Positions 61,120 through 64,000 of a stretch of DNA of 64,000 nucleotides are shown here, in pieces. A program made the translations under genes and the position numbers. Position 1 is the stretch's first letter, and the number at the start of each line of letters is the position of its first letter. The stretch lies in the IMG/VR virus record IMGVR_UViG_3300036766_000806, positions 1 to 64,000 of that record, one strand, 5' to 3'. This DNA is from a virus. The notes beneath the pieces were generated by a model, which was given only the letters and a program-made list of their open reading frames with translations, made no database searches and was not told where the DNA came from.

Positions 61120-61557
61120 ATGAAACAAACATTCAAATTCACGAATAGCAGAATACTGGAGTTTGAAACCTTTGCTTTAAAAGAAGCCAATTATCGTAAA
61201 GTTCGTATTCATAATAATGGCGAAGATAGTGAAGGAATATGGGCCTGTTTCTCTGACGAAGGAATAAAGGCATATACAAATGATACATTGCCTTCAAATG
61301 AACATACTTTTCCAGCTATTCTTGTCAATAGTGCGCTCTTCTTCTATCCTCGTAATTCATGGGGATTGTATATTCCTGTAAAAATGATGGGGCCGAATCG
61401 TCCAGAATGTAATATTGCAGACCTCGATGGAGCGATGATTTTCTGCCAAGAACGGCTTGATGCTGATGCCAAGAAAGCGAAAAGTAAGGGTAAGCTGTCC
61501 AAAAATCAAACAAAGAATGGTCGCAAAACAACTAAAACCCATTCAAAATCGGTTTAA
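61120..61557 (+). CDS. hypothetical protein
   Basis: Likely start MKQTFKF within ORF 61006..61557. Confidence 0.55.
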   Translation: MKQTFKFTNSRILEFETFALKEANYRKVRIHNNGEDSEGIWACFSDEGIKAYTNDTLPSNEHTFPAILVNSALFFYPRNSWGLYIPVKMMGPNRPECNIADLDGAMIFCQERLDADAKKAKSKGKLSKNQTKNGRKTTKTHSKSV

Positions 61558-62051
61558 TTAACATGAGAAAAATCATTGAATATAAGTTAGTCGAAGTGCC
61601 GTCTTACTCGGTACAAACTCTCGAAGTAACTGTGAATAATTTGATAAAATTGGGGTGGGAACCTTTTGGTAATCTATTCGTAATGAGTAGTGTAGGAGGC
61701 AATACTCTTTGTCAGCCGATGGTTAAATGTACAACCATTGGAGAGGAAACGGTTGGTGGCCCAAGATAAAATATGCCCAAGGTTTTACTTCGGTACATCT
61801 GTTCTCAGAAACAAAAACACTTTGATAAGTTGATAAAAATCATTCGTGAGCACCATCTATATGTTATAGGATGGGAAATGAATAGCTGGTTGAGCGGCGA
61901 GATTGATATGGCAAGCAGCAAGAAATGGTGCCGTAACTATCAATGAGACTTCACACCCGAATAACTGGACTCAGCATAATATAATGAAAATGGCAGGAGT
62001 AATTCAATCCGCTCTTGGCATCCCTCTTTACGAGAAGGATCTAAATCCTTC

Positions 62052-63242
62052 ATGAATAAGAGAGAAAATCTAGGACAAGTTTTCACTCACCCGAAAACCG
62101 TCGATTTCATGTTGAGTCTGCGGAAGAACCATGTTAATACTTCTACTTTAGAACCTGCGGCTGGCAATGGAGCATTCAGTAATAAACTTCCTGGTTGCGC
62201 TGCCATTGAAATTGATCCAGATATTTGTCCCAAAGAAGCGTTGGCAATAGATTTCTTCACTTATCCTTCCTTCAAATTTCTTACACAAATAGCCAATCCT
62301 CCTTATGTAGCTGGAAAGAATATTCTCCTTGACACAAGAATGATTATTGAAAGATCTGGTGGGACGTTATTAAATCACGGGAAAACCAATCTTTATCTCT
62401 ATTTCCTTGAAAAAATGGCCCGAGAACATATGCAAAGACCGGGTTCAGAGATTATCATCATTATTCCCCGTGACTTCCTCAAAGCAACTTCGGCAATATT
62501 ATTGAATAAGTGGCTTTATGCGCACGGTACTATTACTCATTATTATGATCATGGTGATAGAAAAATGTTTAAAGATGCTTTTCCTAATACTTGCATTATA
62601 AGATATGAACTCGGTGACTATTCAAGAAAAACAATCACAAATGATGGAGTGAAAAATTTTGTTGAAATAGACGGACAACTTCTTTTCTTGAAAGATGATT
62701 ATAGCGTGCCTTTATCAAATCTATTCACCGTAAAGGTCGGTGGTGTCAGCGGGGCGGATGAAATCTTTGCTGATAATGTACTAGGAAATGAAGAGTTTGT
62801 ATTCTCGGAAACAAGAACTACTGGGAAAACTCGTAAAATGATATATAACTATTCCCCGGCTATTCCTTACCTAGAATTTTTTTATAAAGAAGATCTCCTC
62901 AAAAGAAAGATAAAACACTTTACCGAAGATAACTGGTGGCAGTGGGGACGGGATTTCCATCATTCAACTGATAAGAGAATTTACGTTAACTGCAAGACCA
63001 GACAAGCCAATCCGTTTTTTACTCATCCTTGTACAAATTACGATGGCTCTATATTAGCTTTGTTTCTAAAAGACCAATCTCAAGACCCCAAAGCTCTTTG
63101 CAATGCCTTAAATAAAGTAAATTGGAAAGATTTAGGCTTTGTTTGTGGCAATAGATATTTATTTTCTCAGCGAACTCTTGAGCGTATTATACTTCCTTCG
63201 TCGCTATTTATAGAGTATGCAAAGAAGATATATTCGCAGTAA
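62052..63242 (+). CDS. orphan gamma-class N6-adenine DNA methyltransferase
   Basis: LGQVFT, LEPAAGNG, NPPY, NLYLYF and PRDFLK motifs; by recall resembles H. pylori HP0910-type (GTNNAC) enzymes. Confidence 0.9.
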   Translation: MNKRENLGQVFTHPKTVDFMLSLRKNHVNTSTLEPAAGNGAFSNKLPGCAAIEIDPDICPKEALAIDFFTYPSFKFLTQIANPPYVAGKNILLDTRMIIERSGGTLLNHGKTNLYLYFLEKMAREHMQRPGSEIIIIIPRDFLKATSAILLNKWLYAHGTITHYYDHGDRKMFKDAFPNTCIIRYELGDYSRKTITNDGVKNFVEIDGQLLFLKDDYSVPLSNLFTVKVGGVSGADEIFADNVLGNEEFVFSETRTTGKTRKMIYNYSPAIPYLEFFYKEDLLKRKIKHFTEDNWWQWGRDFHHSTDKRIYVNCKTRQANPFFTHPCTNYDGSILALFLKDQSQDPKALCNALNKVNWKDLGFVCGNRYLFSQRTLERIILPSSLFIEYAKKIYSQ

Positions 63243-63699
63243 AGGAAAGACATACCTAGTTAATGTAGTTGGATATGAAGATGGAATTGGTGCTGGGTTC
63301 GCTGTAGGTCAATTAGTCCTCAAATCCATAAGTGATAATCATTGGTATGTAATCACCACGAGCGGATCTATTCCCTCGGTGACGACTTATATAAGCCAAA
63401 GTGCTTTGAGTTTTCCCACGAGTTCCTACTTTGATTTGAATTATCCCTATCAGCTTCTTGCTTGTGCAGATGGGAATACTTATGCTGTTTATTTAAGTGG
63501 TTCTGCTCCGAATGCAGCGTTAGTTATAAGTCAATCAATGTATACTTCGGGAAGTAGTAATGCAAAACCCTATTTATTTCTACAAAACATTACCGATTGC
63601 AACTACTATGGAGCATACTTAACAGCTTCGGCGGGACAAATAAGTATGAGTGTAAGTCAAACAATGACATCTCAAAGCTGGGTCAGACCGATTTTTTAA
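63217..63699 (+). CDS. Ser/Gly-rich repeat protein, possibly structural/late
   Basis: Three repeats of L...DxxxY.V..SGS...SQS; preceded by TATTTATA. Confidence 0.55.
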   Translation: MQRRYIRSKGKTYLVNVVGYEDGIGAGFAVGQLVLKSISDNHWYVITTSGSIPSVTTYISQSALSFPTSSYFDLNYPYQLLACADGNTYAVYLSGSAPNAALVISQSMYTSGSSNAKPYLFLQNITDCNYYGAYLTASAGQISMSVSQTMTSQSWVRPIF

Positions 63700-63962
63700 T
63701 CTCTATTACTGTAAAACTCTTCGAGAATTCGTTTATCTAAATCGTCTAACTTGAATGGTACTAAAATTTTTGCATCCGTTTTTACTGGCCTATCACTTGA
63801 ATAATCACTGCTTATTCGTATAGGCGGCGGAGAATTTTTCCGTTTACTTTTGGCATATTCGATCAATTCCTGCTCCTTCTCTTCTCTGTCTCGCCTCTCT
63901 CTGGCTTCTTTCATTATTGCAGCTATTTCTTCGAGTGATTTTGATTCTTTTTCAATCACCAC
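63696..63962 (-). CDS. hypothetical protein (may extend beyond the window)
   Basis: 88-aa charged ORF at the window edge. Confidence 0.55.
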   Translation of the reverse strand: MVIEKESKSLEEIAAIMKEARERRDREEKEQELIEYAKSKRKNSPPPIRISSDYSSDRPVKTDAKILVPFKLDDLDKRILEEFYSNRD

Positions 63963-64000
63963 AGGAGACTTCTCGCTCGGTGAAAAGATGGAATAATAGA

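Overview
The window looks like a 64-kb, AT-rich segment of a large (jumbo-type) phage genome, in the early/accessory region. Evidence: dense short ORFs, no ribosomal or core housekeeping operons, about 30 TTGAC-N16/17-TATAAT promoters (most apparently leaderless), homing endonucleases and an IS200/IS605 element. Recognisable genes cover nucleotide/NAD metabolism (folA, thyA, pncB, PRTase, broken nicotinamidase), ADP-ribosylation (WGR-PARP, macrodomain), RNA/tRNA repair (Thg1, RNA ligase, phosphoesterases), DNA ligase, several DNA methyltransferases including a nuclease-helicase-MTase fusion, a J-domain kinase and signal peptidase I. The two most interesting features are protein + non-coding RNA loci. 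(1) A ~400-nt leader of repeated stem-ACAGCA units with a boxA-like site precedes a DUF2828/TROVE-like vWA protein (6.9-8.9 kb). (2) A ~210-nt structured RNA with a 7-nt periodic tract lies downstream of a DIP1984-like coiled-coil protein (4.4-5.3 kb). The window also has many premature stops, frameshifts and apparent deletion chimeras. All family assignments come from motif recognition by eye; no database searches were run.
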